Shown in pieces: positions 50,818-62,661 of a DNA stretch of 64,000 nt. The stretch comes from Isurus oxyrinchus (Eukaryota). The stretch lies in the NCBI GenBank assembly GCA_026770705.1, contig JANJGN010000029.1, forward strand, positions 9,920,001 through 9,984,000, given 5' to 3'. The stretch's first letter is position 1. Each line of letters opens with the position of its first letter. The position numbers and the translations under genes were made by a program. The notes beneath the pieces are model-generated. The model saw nothing but the letters and a program-made list of their open reading frames with translations. It ran no database searches and was not told the origin of the DNA.

Positions 50818-52044
50818 ATGGGGATTGTGGTCTCCACTGGAGGCACCTCACCTGAGGTGGAGGAGAGGGGCGGAAAGGAGAGGAGGCTAGGTATCCCAAT
50901 GCAGCTTCCAGGGGAGTGATCTGTGGGAGGAGAGGCGCAGGTACCAGGGGGGCAGGGCCAGCAGGAAGTCCAAGGTGGAAGGGGCCGCAGAAGATGCCAC
51001 TATCCTGCTGCCAGGGTTTACAGGCAGTGGTGCAGCTTCATCAATATGTCCGAGGTGCAATGCCAAAGGAGGCTCTGCTTCTCCAGAGAGACCGTGGCCT
51101 CCATTTGTCATATAATTGGGCCTCAGATTACCCCCAACTATATGGGTGGAAACTCCATGCCAGTGGCACTGAAGGTTACAATGGCCCTCAACTTCTATGC
51201 CTCTGGCTCTTTCTAGGGAGTTCTTTGTGGAATGTTCCAATCAGCTGCCCACAGTTGCGTCAAGCCAGTGACAGAAGCTCTGTTCGGGCGGGCAATGACA
51301 TTTATTTATTTCTGTAGGGACAAGGCCAACCAGACTGAGTGAGCCAGAGGGTTTGCAGCGATTGCTGGGTTCCCCACGCATCCAGGGTGCAATCGACTGC
51401 AAACTTGTGGCCATCAAGGCGCCAGCAGGTCAGCCGGGTTCCTTCGTCAAGAGGAGGGGATTCCATTCAATGAACGTACAGATAGTGTGTGACCACAGGA
51501 CGCAGATTTTGCAAATTTGTGCAAGGTACCCTTGGCAGCTCCCGTGACACTTACATCCTCAGACTTACATACTCCCAAGTGTCAAGGCTATTCAGTGCTC
51601 CAGCCTGACTGGATGGATGGCTGCTGGGTGACAAGGGCTATCTGTTGAAAAGGTGATTGATGGTGCATCTCTGCCACCCAAGAACAGAGGCAGTGCAGCA
51701 TTACAATAGGAGCCATGCTTCCACAAGGGCAGTGATAGAGAGGACCGTAGGTCTTCTGAAAATGCATTTCCATTGTCTGGACCATTCAGGGGCAGCACTA
51801 CAAACCCCCCAGAACTGGGGTGTTACTGATAGTGGCTGTATGCTGCGCTCTCCACAATCTGGCACTGGCAAGGGGGGACCCACTGGAGGAAGAGGATCTT
51901 GACGCAGCTGCATAGGCCACAGAGGATGATTCCATTAAAGAGGCAGAAGAAAAGCACAGCGAGGAAAACACTGAGGGCATGGAGGCAGACTTCTGTATCC
52001 TTCAGGGAGGCAGGGACCTTGTGATTCAACGCTCCGTCAGCTAG
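50818..52044 (+). pseudogene. Harbinger DDE transposase (HARBI1-like), disrupted by stops and frameshifts
   Basis: Motifs RVYR..SFINMSEVQCQRRLCFSRETV, LKVTMALNFYASGSF*, PRIQGAIDC (D1), RRGFHSMNVQIVCD, WLLGDKGY (D2) and HASTRAVIERTVGLLK (E), split over ORFs 50923, 51353 and 51657. Confidence 0.9.
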
Positions 52045-52359
52045 GCTGCTAAAGATCTGCTTCCACCTCACGGCAGGGCTGCCTCCTCCATTCCGGATGT
52101 CTGAAATTACCCACTCGGTGCCTATGCAATCGTTTAGAGCCACTCATGTCCAGCATTACATACTAGTGTACCCTGCACCAAAAAAAAAGGTGAAGCATAC
52201 TCAGGCCATTACAACAAAAACAAAATTTATGTCATTTTCACAATCCAAACAAACTGACATAATCTTCTCTGGTCTTCATTCCCAGACCAGTAAACATAAA
52301 CAAAACATTACAGAACAGAAGATCACCCATGACCAGTCCCTCTTGTGCTCAAGGTGCCA

Positions 52360-54197
52360 TAAACTTAGATTTGCGAGTGCTATGTCTTGGTGCCGCCTCC
52401 CCCCCACCATGCTAGCAGCGGCATTGGAGGAAGCTTGCTGACTCTGGTGTCTTGTTGGTCTTGATGACCTTGGCGGTCATCCTCTGGCCAGTGGAGCCTG
52501 TGCTGGCCCTGCCTGGGAGGGAGTGGCCTGCGCCATGGCTGGCATCTCTCCAGTCTTTGCAGCCTCATCAGATGCCACGGTCACTGGCAGAGGGACGGAG
52601 TAGCTGCTGCCTTCATCCAGAGCGCCCTGAGAGGAGCTCATAGATACAACAAGCAGCTTGTGCGCCAACATGAGGTCTCTCTGGACCTCCCTGATCGTCA
52701 TTGATGGACGGACACCTAGCTGGGATACTGGGTGCCTCATTCCTCTCCCACACTGACACTGATCACCTGAGGTCATTGCCTGTATGAGGGCTTGCAGGTC
52801 TGAGTGCAACCCCATGAACCCCTAATTCTGTCCCTGGAGCTGCCTCTCCATGAGAGTCACCAGTCTCTCAGCGGAGGAGGCAGTGCACTTGGCCTTGAGG
52901 GTCAAAGCAGTGGACTCCTCCAGAACAGAGACCATGACATGCATACCCTCATGGATCTTCACCAGATCCTCCCGCACATCCAGCATTTGCCGCCTAATGG
53001 ATGACTTCAGAGGTTCATCGTCTGCCTTCGACTCAGCATCGTCCTGGTCTCCAGCAGTCCTCCGACTGCCGGCACCCTAGGCACTCTGCTTGCACCTGCT
53101 CCTCAAGCCAGTGTGAAGTGCCCTCACCTGCTGTGCTCTGACATTCCAGCTGAAGATCTAGCATCCACCGAGGTGCTGGTATCTGCGCTGGCTCCTAATT
53201 CAGAGAGCAGGTGTGACGTAGGTGCAACTGAAACCCAGCAGTCCTCTGGTATCAGGGGTGGCTCTTCAGGGTCCTGTGAATTTTTCTAGTGAATCGAAAG
53301 GAGAATAACGACTTGTCATTAGTTTAAGTCATCACACTGTCACTGTACATGCCAGGCACCCTGGTGAGACAATGGAGATCTGCATCATGGTGTTATCGTC
53401 TTTCAATGATCAATAGGGACTCCAGTTTTGAGGCTTCCATCAATGAAGAGACTACAGAAGAATGTTTGCACCCTCTGAAACTTTCACCTCTGTGCACTGC
53501 ATTCTTACCTTCGTCTGACACCCCAGCCTCTCTGCGACCGGCTGACTGAGGTGTGTCTCTCCAGCTTCAACGAGTCCTGCTGAAATATTGTATGGATTAG
53601 GAGGTTTGGGGGGTCTCTTCTCCTGTCCGTGACCTCTTAATGTAGATATGGCTCATCTTCTCCTGAAAGGACAGAGGAGCATTGTTAGTCCACACTCTAC
53701 CTGCAGCACCATTGTAGCCTTGCCAACCACACTTTGCAGGGCACTTCCGAGTTGTGGCCCTCGAGCCGCAAAGCGCTCAGTCCAAGCAGCTAGGGCTCAC
53801 CCCTTTGGCCAGCTCTGGTGTCATTGACAGTTGGCACTCAGACTCTAACACCCCTGAGCTCCACAGCAGGACAGCCAGTCCTTAACACTTCACCAGACTG
53901 ATTCATGCCAACACGGTACTCACTTTTGTCAAGTGCAGCAGATTGTTGAACCTTTTGTGGCACTGCAGCTATGTGCGCCACACAATGTCATGGCTGCTGA
54001 CCTGGGCTGCCATCTCCTCCCAAGCTCTTTTTGTCAGGTGCAGTGGCCTCCTCCTTCCATCTCTGACAACAAGGGTGTCCCTCCTGGCAACCACCACCTC
54101 CAGGAGGACTGCAAGGTACTCCTCCGAAAACCGGGGTGGCCGAGTGCCTACCCAACCTTCCCTCGCACCTGGCATTGCCAGCCGCAGTTGAGGCCAT
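52360..54197 (-). pseudogene. Harbinger Myb/SANT (trihelix-like) DNA-binding protein gene, three exons, disrupted
   Basis: PRFSEEYLAVLLEVVVARRDTL..TKRAWEEMAAQVSS..RT*LQCHKRFNNL. Minus-strand donors GTGAGT at 53923 and GTAAG at 53508. Acceptors CAG ending 53663 and TAG ending 53286, each with a CTAAY branch point and pyrimidine tract. The 3' end is approximate. Confidence 0.75.
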
Positions 54198-54965
54198 AGC
54201 TTTGGTCTTCAGCACGCAGAAGATATGTTCTTCCCTGGCAGCATTCAAGGAGCTGTGACATTTCTAAACCAGCCGCCAAGTCACCATTGCCTGACAGGCC
54301 CTTGCCCCTGCCCAGCCCTTCCCGATCATTGGGAAGATACCTTCCACGCTGGGTGGACCTTAATTGGCCAGCGTGCTTGAAATCGTGGACAGGAGCCCAT
54401 TTCCCAACTGGTCCCGAGCCCAGCGATCATGCGCAGCCATCAACTTAAAATTCAGGCCTTAGTTTCTGCCTGTCCCCTCTTTATCCCTCAGTATCTGTTT
54501 ATTCTATTACCCTCTCTCTCGTCTTCTCCATCTCACTGTCTCTGTTTTTCTCTCTCTTTTTCTCATTTCTCTCTCCCTCCTATCTCTCTCTTACACTCTG
54601 ATTTCTCTCTCGCTCATTCTTTTACTCATTTTGTAGTTTGAAAGCAAAGGTTTCTGTCGGGTAGAATCTAGCCAGGATCTTTGGCCTGCTTTTTGGATAA
54701 TGGGTTTCAGGATAATAATTGAAAGCAACATGGAGGGGATGGGCTGTATTCCCTTGCCCCATGTCTATTTCCCCAGTTCCAAGTCCCATGGGCTCCCTCT
54801 CGCCTCCATCACTTCTCTTCCCAGCTGCATTACCCTATCGCAATCTTCTCAGTGCCATCTTATCCCATTTCTCCTCAGCTCATTCCCACCTGTTTCCTCT
54901 TCCCTCTTTGCCTCCCCTTTTGCTTTATCTCCTATCCCATCACTTATGAACCCAAGCCTTCTGTA

Positions 54966-55280
54966 AATGAAAGAGAATTTACACAGTGCCTTTCACGATC
55001 ACCAGATGCCCCAAAGTGTTTTAAAGTCAATGAAGTTTCTTTTGAAGTGTACTACTCACTGTTGTAATGTGACAAACATAGCAGCTAATTTGCACAGAGC
55101 AAACTCCCAGAAACAGCAATGTGATAATGACCAGGTAATCTATTCTGGAGATGTTGACTGATCAGGATAAATATTGACCAAGACAATGGGGAGAACTCCT
55201 CTGCTCTTCGAAATAGTTCCATAAGATCTTTTACGCCCATCTGAGAGAACAGCTTGGTTTGATATCTCATTTGTCAAAAT
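54966..55280 (-). mobile_element. Deu-domain/SacSINE1-like SINE
   Basis: Same body as 37230-37657: aaacagcaatgtgataatgaccag..ggataaatattgaccaagacaatggggagaactcctctgctcttcgaaatagt. Confidence 0.7.
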
Positions 55281-56009
55281 TATCCACTCCTTCCCTATGT
55301 CTGTTGCATCTTATCTGCCACTGGGCCGAGAAACCAGTAGTTTCATGTTTAAGTTGCACATTGTACAGAAAATGTGTTTTTGCGAGTATGGCTGGAGGCA
55401 GGGAGCCAAGTGATAGAGGTTCAAGAGAGAGTCAGAGCCTGGAATGGCTCAGAGCAGCATTCGAACTGGCACCTGGAAAAGCTAGCAGGTCGAGGAAACA
55501 GTGGAGAACTATTGGGATTTTGAAAAGATATGGGCAAGGAAACAGAGAGAAAAAAGGAACTGGGGTTGAAAAAGAGAGCATGGAAACAGGAAAAATTACT
55601 GAATACAAATACCAAGAACAAAAAATTGTGAGCTAAGAACCCAGCTTGTTACAAGTGAGAAGTGGGGACAAGAGTTTGGAGGACCAGCCTGGGAGAAAGT
55701 TACATGGGAGAATGCTATGACTATGAAGTGCCACAACAACAACTAGCCTTGGGTGGACTGAAAGTGAAGTTATAATGGAAAGCATCATATAATCGTGGAT
55801 ACATACCTTACAGCTTAAAGCAGGCTGTCAGTGTGGCAGAATTTATGTGACACAATATTCCGATAAGCACAGGAATTGTGCAAAATGTAAAACTTTACCA
55901 TGTTATATTGTTATGTTTGCCTATATAACTATGTAACAGAGAGATTGAGCGGCCAAGAGGGAGAAACATTGTGAGAAAATTGGATCTAAATTGGTTCTAA
56001 AATTCTTTG

Positions 56010-56255
56010 CAGGGGTGAATTAACACAGGGGCCTATGGGGCCTGTGCCAAGGGGCCCCAGTTAAACCTGAGCCGGAAGGTCGTAAATTGAAGCATTGTAT
56101 GTAGATACGATTTGCCTTTTATTATGAATGCACTGTATAAACATTATAGAGGCCTATTTTTGATGCATTTCACTACAGGTTTGTAATATAATGGATTGGT
56201 GCACAGAGGGGCTCCGAATGTTCCCAGGGCTCCAAAAATACTTAATCTAGTGCTC
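56010..56255. mobile_element. Possible degenerate hAT-type MITE
   Basis: Ends caggggtgaattaa and ttaatctagtgctc, with ggggccc-rich subtermini. TSD not convincing. Confidence 0.3.
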
Positions 56256-56394
56256 GGCTTTTGTTGTTCTAGCGATAGGTCCTGTCATAATGTGTCTATG
56301 AAACCTAGTCCACGGTGGGGCTTGAAGGTAGTCGTGCTGAGTTTGTGCTATCATGTTGCCTGTTTCTGCAGATGTTTGTCCTTTGCATGGACAA

Positions 56395-56450
56395 GCAAGA
56401 AAAAAAGATGCTGGAAATACTCAGCAGGTCAGGCAGCACCTCTGGAGAGC
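56395..56450 (-). repeat. Penelope terminal-repeat fragment
   Basis: gatgctggaaatactcagcaggtcaggcagcacctctggagag. Confidence 0.6.
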
Positions 56451-56641
56451 AGGGTTGTCCAATCTTTTTGTGTGGGGGGCCACATGTCAAAATTTTTCTC
56501 ACTCAAGAGGCTGATAAGCAATTTTGGAAAGATAAAGTTTGGTACAACATTAAACATGAATTTAAAGAACAAAGCTGAGGTATGAAAAGAAACAACTTGC
56601 TGAGCAAAAAAATAATGAGGAAGAAATAAAGATGAGTCATA

Positions 56642-58143
56642 GGGCAGAATTGTCCCATGTTTGCACTAAGTGCGGTAGCAGGTGTGAAAAAAGACACTTT
56701 ACCTACCAGCTGCATTGGCGGGTTTTCACGCAGTATCATCCCCTCCCCACCTCGTTAGTTATGTGGCCACAGGAAACACACCGTCTACCTGGTGGGCAGT
56801 CTCTAATTTGCCTGCCACTCCGCTACCTCGCCGCTTTGTTACACAGGGCGCCATATTTAAACTGCAGCCATGAGCACACTTCTCAATGCTTGCAGCCCAG
56901 GACTGCTCTGGTTCAGCCCCTGATTCAGTGATGCATCCCTGGGACGCCTTCTGGATGCTGTGGAGGCCTGCCGCAGTTTCCTGTACCCCTCCCCCTCCCC
57001 CCTCTTGCCACAGGAGGCTCATCAGTCTCTCCACTCTGGCTTGTTGGGGAGGGGGGAGGGGGGTTGGTGGAAGACGTGGTCAGTGCCAAAGCTGCACATG
57101 AGGTTGGCCATCCAGTGCAGAAAACAGATGAATCATCTCATCTGTGCTGCCAGGGTAAAGCAACCCTCTCACCACACTAAACTCACACACTCAGAAGGTC
57201 ATGAAGTGAATGAATGAAAGTCCCATAGGCTGCTTTCTCATTAGAGAGAGGTGACTAGTGGTGAGTTTGATCTGAGGGTCACCACTCCTCAAGTGAGGGG
57301 CGAGGTTGAGAAGGCAGGGCCTTCATGGATGACCTCAGCTGGTACGGGAATTGAGCCTGTGCTGTTGATGTCACATTGCATTACAAACCAGCTGTCTAGC
57401 CAACTGACCTTACTGATCCCCCTCACAAGGCCACCACACATTCACTGGCATCTCTCCCACTGCCAGCTCAACTGACAAAACCATTCACTCTCTCTCGCAC
57501 ACACCCTCACATTTACATCTGGCCACATCTTCTCTGGAGACTGCCTCCTTGGCCCTCACCATCTTGAGGCCACTTGCACAGATCAACATGTGCCCCCAGT
57601 ATATCCCCCCACCCCCTTCGCCAGTACAGCCCTCGCCCTGCAACTTCTTACCTTGCCAGAGGCCACTTCTCCCCCTTCCCCAAGCAAGACCTAGCCTTGC
57701 AGCCATTGAAAAGCTACCCCTGCCTTATAGCTGGTCTGGTAGGTAGAGACCTGACTGTGAGCCCCCCTTAAAATAATGTGGCGCTGCCTGTGAAGTGTGG
57801 TGCTGATGACCATGAGCGCTGCCTGAATTAAGGTAGACAAACGAACCTCGAAGCCCCGAACAAAGTGCAGCCCGCCAGGTGCATATTGCTTATGTATAGT
57901 TGTGAAACATGTTGGCTTGGTGCCTGGATGATCCAGTGTGGGTTCCAGTGAGCAGGGGTTATAACGAGATGCTAAAGTATTGAAATTAGGTTCCCAACGA
58001 CTGTCGATGGGAATGCAGTCCACCGTAGACTGGTGGAGTGAACGATCGCAAACTGGTTTCACGATGGTGTTAAACTGATTTTTGATCTTTTTGCCATATT
58101 GTCCACTCGTGCCAGCTGCCAATGGGACCAGATGATTCCACCC
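56642..58143 (+). mobile_element. Non-autonomous Harbinger-type element carrying a Myb/SANT exon remnant
   Basis: Ends GGGCAGAATTGTC and GATGATTCCACCC, flanked by ATA and TTA. About 56915-57155 reads FSDASLGRLLDAVEACRSFLYP...RLAIQCRKQMNHLICAARV, a Harbinger ORF2 N-terminus. No nuclease remnant recognised. Confidence 0.65.
57200..57422 (-). mobile_element. tRNA-derived SINE nested in the Harbinger derivative
   Basis: Minus-strand head gggggatcagtaaggtcagttggctagacag (A-box-like) and ggctcaattccc (B-box-like), with a (TTCA)n-like tail. Confidence 0.6.
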
Positions 58144-58339
58144 TTAAGAGTGTGATAGGGTGAGAGTGCGTGTGTTCGGATCACCCATCTCAGGGTGCTC
58201 ACTCATTCACTGTCGCCCACTGTGAGAGTGGAATGGAGTGCATGTTGGTGTGTGGAGCTGAGGTGAATGATAACCTGATACTGGGAGTGAGCCAGACTTA
58301 TGGACACACTTTGCCACAGCAGACAGAATCACCTCACAG

Positions 58340-58395
58340 CCTCTCTCTCCTCCCTCTCACAGTCTCTCACTCTCCCTCACAAACACACTTTCCCC

Positions 58396-58426
<31 letters not shown>

Positions 58427-58690
58427 CCCACCAAACTCTCCCTCTCTCTCTCTCACCCCCCCACTCTCTCACCCCCTTTCCTCCCCCCTCTTTCTCTCCC
58501 CTATCTCTCCCTTACCTATCTCTTCCTCCCCCCCTCCCTCACCCTTCTCTCCCCCCATGTCTACCCCCCTGCTCCCTCTCTCCGCCTTCTCTCTCCCCCT
58601 CTCTCACCCCTTCTCTCTCCCCCCCCGCTCTGTCTCTCCCCCCTTTCTCTGTCTCCCCCCACCCCCTCTCTCCGCATTCTCTTGGGCCCC
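58340..58690. repeat. CT-rich low-complexity tract with (CA)n at about 58400-58423
   Basis: Direct inspection. Confidence 0.9.
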
Positions 58691-58984
58691 ACTCCCCTGC
58701 ACCTTTGATCCTTGGACCTGCACCCATTCCCAGGACCCTGCTCCCTGGCACCTCCGCTCCCTGCCCTCTCCCCGGGCCATGAACTCACAGTTGCTGATGT
58801 TTGCTGTTCCTCCGATCACAGTTCATTTCTCTCCCATGTTTTGCTGCTGCTAAGTTCACGGTCTGTGATTGGCCAAGCAGCTCCATGCAGAATCTTCCAT
58901 TCAAACTTACCTGTTTGACCAGCATTTTGATCACTGGCTCTGGGGGCTGCATAGAGTAGCTTCACAGCCCGTATGTTGCACAAG

Positions 58985-59932
58985 CCTGGAAGAGAGAGAA
59001 ACAGAATAATGTTTCAGGTCTCTGACCTTTCATCAGAACTGGGAAAAGTTAGAAATATAATGGCTTTAAACAAGTGAAAGGGGGGGAGGTGTGGAGAAAA
59101 GAACAAAAGGGGAGGTCTAATATAGGGTGGAAGATGGCAGAAATTAAATGACAAAAGAGTTGGTGGCGCAAGACCAAAGGAAGTGGTAATGGGGCAAGTG
59201 AGGAAAGAAAAGATGTGTCTAGAGGAGGTGTGAATGTGAGGATGATGAACAACTTCCATCCGAAAACAAAGACAAGAAAAAAAGGAAAAATGCCCAATTT
59301 TCATTCTGTATACACATGACCCCGACCTTCTGGTTGCCTGTCATTTTAATTCTCCACCTTGTTCTCAGGCTGACCTCTCTGTCCTCAGCTTACTGCAGTG
59401 TTCCACTGAAGCTCAATGCCTGCGTGAGGAACAGTACCTACCTTTCGATTGAACCATTAACCATTAACTCGATCGTGACATCTGGCCCCATTTTGTTTTT
59501 GTTGACAGCAGCTATTTACCATTCTGTTGCTCACACCTTTTCTGGACTAATGAATTGCTCATTTGGAGAACTGATGTACACAATGGGCCAAATGGTCTCC
59601 TTCTGTGCTGTAACAATTCTGAGATTCTAGACACATCTTTTGTTTACATTGCTACTTCCTTTGGCCTTGCATCACCAACTCTTTTGTCATTTAATGTCTC
59701 CTGTCTTCCCGCCTATCTTAGACCTTCATTTTTGTTCTGTTTCTACACTATCCTTTCACTTGCTTAAAACCTATTACATTCCTAACTTTTCCCAGTTCTA
59801 ATGCAAGATCATTGACCTGAAATTTTAGCTCTATTTCTCTCTGCACGGATGCTGCCTGACCGGCTGAGCATTTCCAACGTTTTTCTGTTTTCATTTCTGA
59901 TTTCCAGTGTTTGCAGTACTTTGCTTTCATAT
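58985..59932. mobile_element. Penelope-like relic with inverted terminal repeats around a GIY-YIG C-terminal fragment
   Basis: 58985-59290 is the reverse complement of the terminal region seen at about 59480-59850. 59310-59450 resembles the endonuclease end at 28710-28860. Confidence 0.7.
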
Positions 59933-61605
59933 TACTGACCATAAACAGTTGGAAGTAGCCTGGGCAGTTAGGGGGGAGGGAAGGAGTTTGACAGACAGCT
60001 GTAGTAGGGAGAAACCTGTCTCTCAGGTTTGTGGATCAAACCCCAGAATTTTACCCTGCTCTATATAAAGCCTGTCAGGTATTTTGTTTTGCAAGCAAGA
60101 AAACTGTTGTTGGAGTGACGAGATGTCACTAAGTATAGAGGTCATACTGTCTGCTTGTAACAATGCATGCATAGACTATGAGAAGAAAAAACTGCAAATG
60201 TTAGAGACCTGAGATTAAAAAAGAAAATACTGGAGATGCACAGTGGGTCAGCCAGCACTAGTAAGGGACTCAAGAGCCACAAAATTCAGGATGGTGGAAG
60301 GGTCTTGCACGCTAACTGGTCTCACATTCTTAACCAGTGATCCTAACCTGATATATATTTCCAGCATCGCTGCATTTGATTCCTGAAATGGAAAACAATC
60401 TGAGCCAAAAATGCCTTTTGCATGTTGAAAGGAAGTGTTTTAGTTTTTCAAATTCACTGTTTGGAAAGCACACACAGTAAATTATATCAAACACAGGATC
60501 CCCAAATTCAAGCAAATACTTCCCCATTTGAACAATGGAACATATTTTTGTTTTATCCACCTTTAATCAAAAAAAAATTGTGTTGCTACTGAAACAATGC
60601 AAAATTCGGGAGATTAGTATGAAAAGTCAAAGCTTCCAGTTATATATGGTGCAAAATCTGGCAATGTGCCTTCTGTTCTTGAAGGTGATTAAAAAAGGAT
60701 GGTACCCTGTTGATGGTTTAACATTGATTGCCGACAATGGAGGGAAGTTGTTCATTATTTCTGATGATTTGGTGGAGTATTTGACTCTAGGTCCCATGTG
60801 AAGTGGCTATATGTAGAAATGGTTGCAGACTCTGTTCAGCTGCCCATCTCAAGTCTATTTAAAAAATGAATAAAGCAGCGTACTCCCTCTACTGGAAAAT
60901 ATGGGACAAACAATGCATGACACAGGCAAAACTATTTCTCACTTCACACCATGATCTTCATCCAACAAGTATTAGTGAATGTGACTTCATATGTGTACAA
61001 ATTGAACACTGCAGTAACATTTCAACATAGAAAGCGATAATACTGCACAAAAGAATGTTTATGAAATATGGTTCTATACATTTTTCCAATTCTCTGTCGC
61101 ATTGATTGCTGATTTCACTTGATGCATAACTGAAAAGTGATGTGTTTTTGAAAAATGGAAGCCTTTTAATACTAGATCGGTTAATCAGGAATCAATGCTG
61201 AGCATCTTTTAACTGATTATTGATGCTGAGAGAATTGACCTTCATTATTTTAAAAGCATTTGTCAAAATTCAATACGGCAGTTTAATTTTGATATGGATT
61301 TTGAAGAAATATAAAATTTTAATGAAGCAAAAATGGTAAATGTCAATATCACACTTTAAATGATAAGCTAGGTATTGACTTTTGAAATGATTTGCTAACC
61401 TTAGATAGTGGACTTGTAACTATGGAGCATTGCACTCATGGAAGCCTGAACTGAAACTTCAGGACACATAAACATGAGACTAGGCCATGTAAAAAGAGCT
61501 TATTTGTTTCTTTATATTTTTACAAAAAAAACTATTTAGATCTATTCCAAAGTAGAATTAAACGTTTCTTCAGAGTGTAAGTTGAATCTCCCTTTAAACT
61601 GTGGT

Positions 61606-62150
61606 AATAACAACAATGGCAACTTATATTTATGTAGCACCCGTAATGGAATGAAACGTCCCAAGGCGCTTCCCAGGAGCATTGTTCAACAAAATGTGAC
61701 ACTGAGTCACATAAATAGATGTTAGGTCAGATGACCAAAAGCTTGGTCAAGAGGAAGCTTTTAAGAAGTGTAGGGAAGGAATTCCGGAGCTTGGGGCCTG
61801 GGCAACTGAAGGCATGGCCACCAATGATGGGGCAGTTATGATTGGGAACGCACAAGAGGCTAGAATTAGAGGAGCACAGATATCTCAGAGGGTTGAGTTG
61901 TTAGAAGGGATTACAGAGGGGATTTGAAAACAAGGATGAGAATTTTAAAATAAAGATGTTGCTTGACTGGGAGCCAATGTAGGTCAGCAAGCACAGGGGT
62001 GAAAGGGGAACGGGGCTTGCTGTGAGTTAAGGCACGGGCATCAGATGACCTCAAGTTTACGGAGTATAGAATGTGAGACACCAGCCAGGACGGTGTTGGA
62101 TTGGTCGAGTCTAGATGTAATGAAGGCGTGGATGAGAGTTGTATTGAATG
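61606..62150 (-). mobile_element. L2 LINE 3' fragment
   Basis: LIHAFITSRLDQSNTVLAG..RKLEVI and ARALTHSKPRSPFTPVLADLHWLPVKQHLYFKILILVFKS. The tail reads gtgctacataaatataagttg..(TTG)n on the minus strand. Confidence 0.85.
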
Positions 62151-62262
62151 TACTGAAAAGCAATGTACTGTGTAAAGCTCTGGCAACTAAAGCTAGAGGC
62201 ACTGTATCTTGCTGGATATTTCCATTGCAAAGACTGTAACATTCTCTTTCTGCTCTACACAG

Positions 62263-62507
62263 TGCTGAGTATTCGAGGTGTCCAAGAAGAGGAGCCCCCA
62301 GACCCACAGTTGATGAGACTGGATAACATGCTGTTGGCTGAAGGAGTATCTGGGCCTGAGAAGGGTGGAGGGTCAGCAGCAGCTGCAGCCGCAGCAGCAG
62401 CATCAGGTGGATCACCGAATGACAACTCCATCGAGCACTCTGACTACAGAGCCAAACTCACACAAATCCGACAGATTTACCACTCAGAGCTGGAGAAATA
62501 TGAGCAG
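62263..62507 (+). CDS. PBX4: Internal coding exon (exon 3 equivalent, PBC-A/PBC-B region with poly-Ala linker) of a PBX TALE homeobox gene, most similar to PBX4
   Basis: Translates as (V)[81 protein letters not shown], a clear PBX PBC domain. Acceptor ttctctttctgctctacacAG ends at 62262; donor GTATGA starts at 62508. Length 245 nt, phase 1 to phase 0, as in vertebrate PBX exon 3. The residues IRGVQ, GGSPND and IYHSELE favour PBX4 (recalled from memory, so the paralog is less certain than the family). Confidence 0.9.
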
Positions 62508-62661
62508 GTATGAACCACATAACCAAATAATGTGTAGTGTTAAATAGCCCAACATCCACAATCCATCAGATTTATTCCATTTCAAATTTCATACCTGAAT
62601 TCCTCAGACAAATCCATTCAATATCAATAAGGTCAATTTAAACAAGGAGTGAAATGTTCAA

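Larger units (their letters stand above)
50312..54458 (+). mobile_element. Full-length, decayed PIF/Harbinger DNA transposon (about 4.1 kb)
   Basis: Imperfect 13-bp TIRs: GGGCAGAATTTTA (50312-50324) and TAAAATTCAGGCC (54446-54458). TTA flanks both sides (50309-50311, 54459-54461), the 3-bp TWA TSD typical of Harbinger. Convergent DDE nuclease and Myb/SANT genes lie inside; the element is GC-richer than its flanks. Confidence 0.9.
1..62262 (+). other. Probable large intron 2 of the PBX gene
   Basis: I found no upstream PBX exon (e.g. KHALNCHRMKPALF..EIKEKT) and no other host exon. The sequence is dominated by repeat relics. PBX intron 2 is characteristically long in vertebrates. Confidence 0.7.

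Noticed and set aside
50818-52044. Domesticated HARBI1 host gene
   Set aside because: Multiple stops and frameshifts, and enclosure within TIRs and a TSD, indicate a transposon copy.
58170-58853. 227-aa and overlapping Pro/Ser/Leu-rich ORFs
   Set aside because: Stop-free only because of the CT/CA low-complexity tract.
62163-62262. N-terminal extension MYCVKLWQ... of ORF 62163-62513
   Set aside because: Intronic read-through upstream of a canonical acceptor; PBX similarity begins exactly at 62263.
62365-62547. Gln-rich [17 protein letters not shown]
   Set aside because: Alternative frame of the GCA poly-Ala codons.
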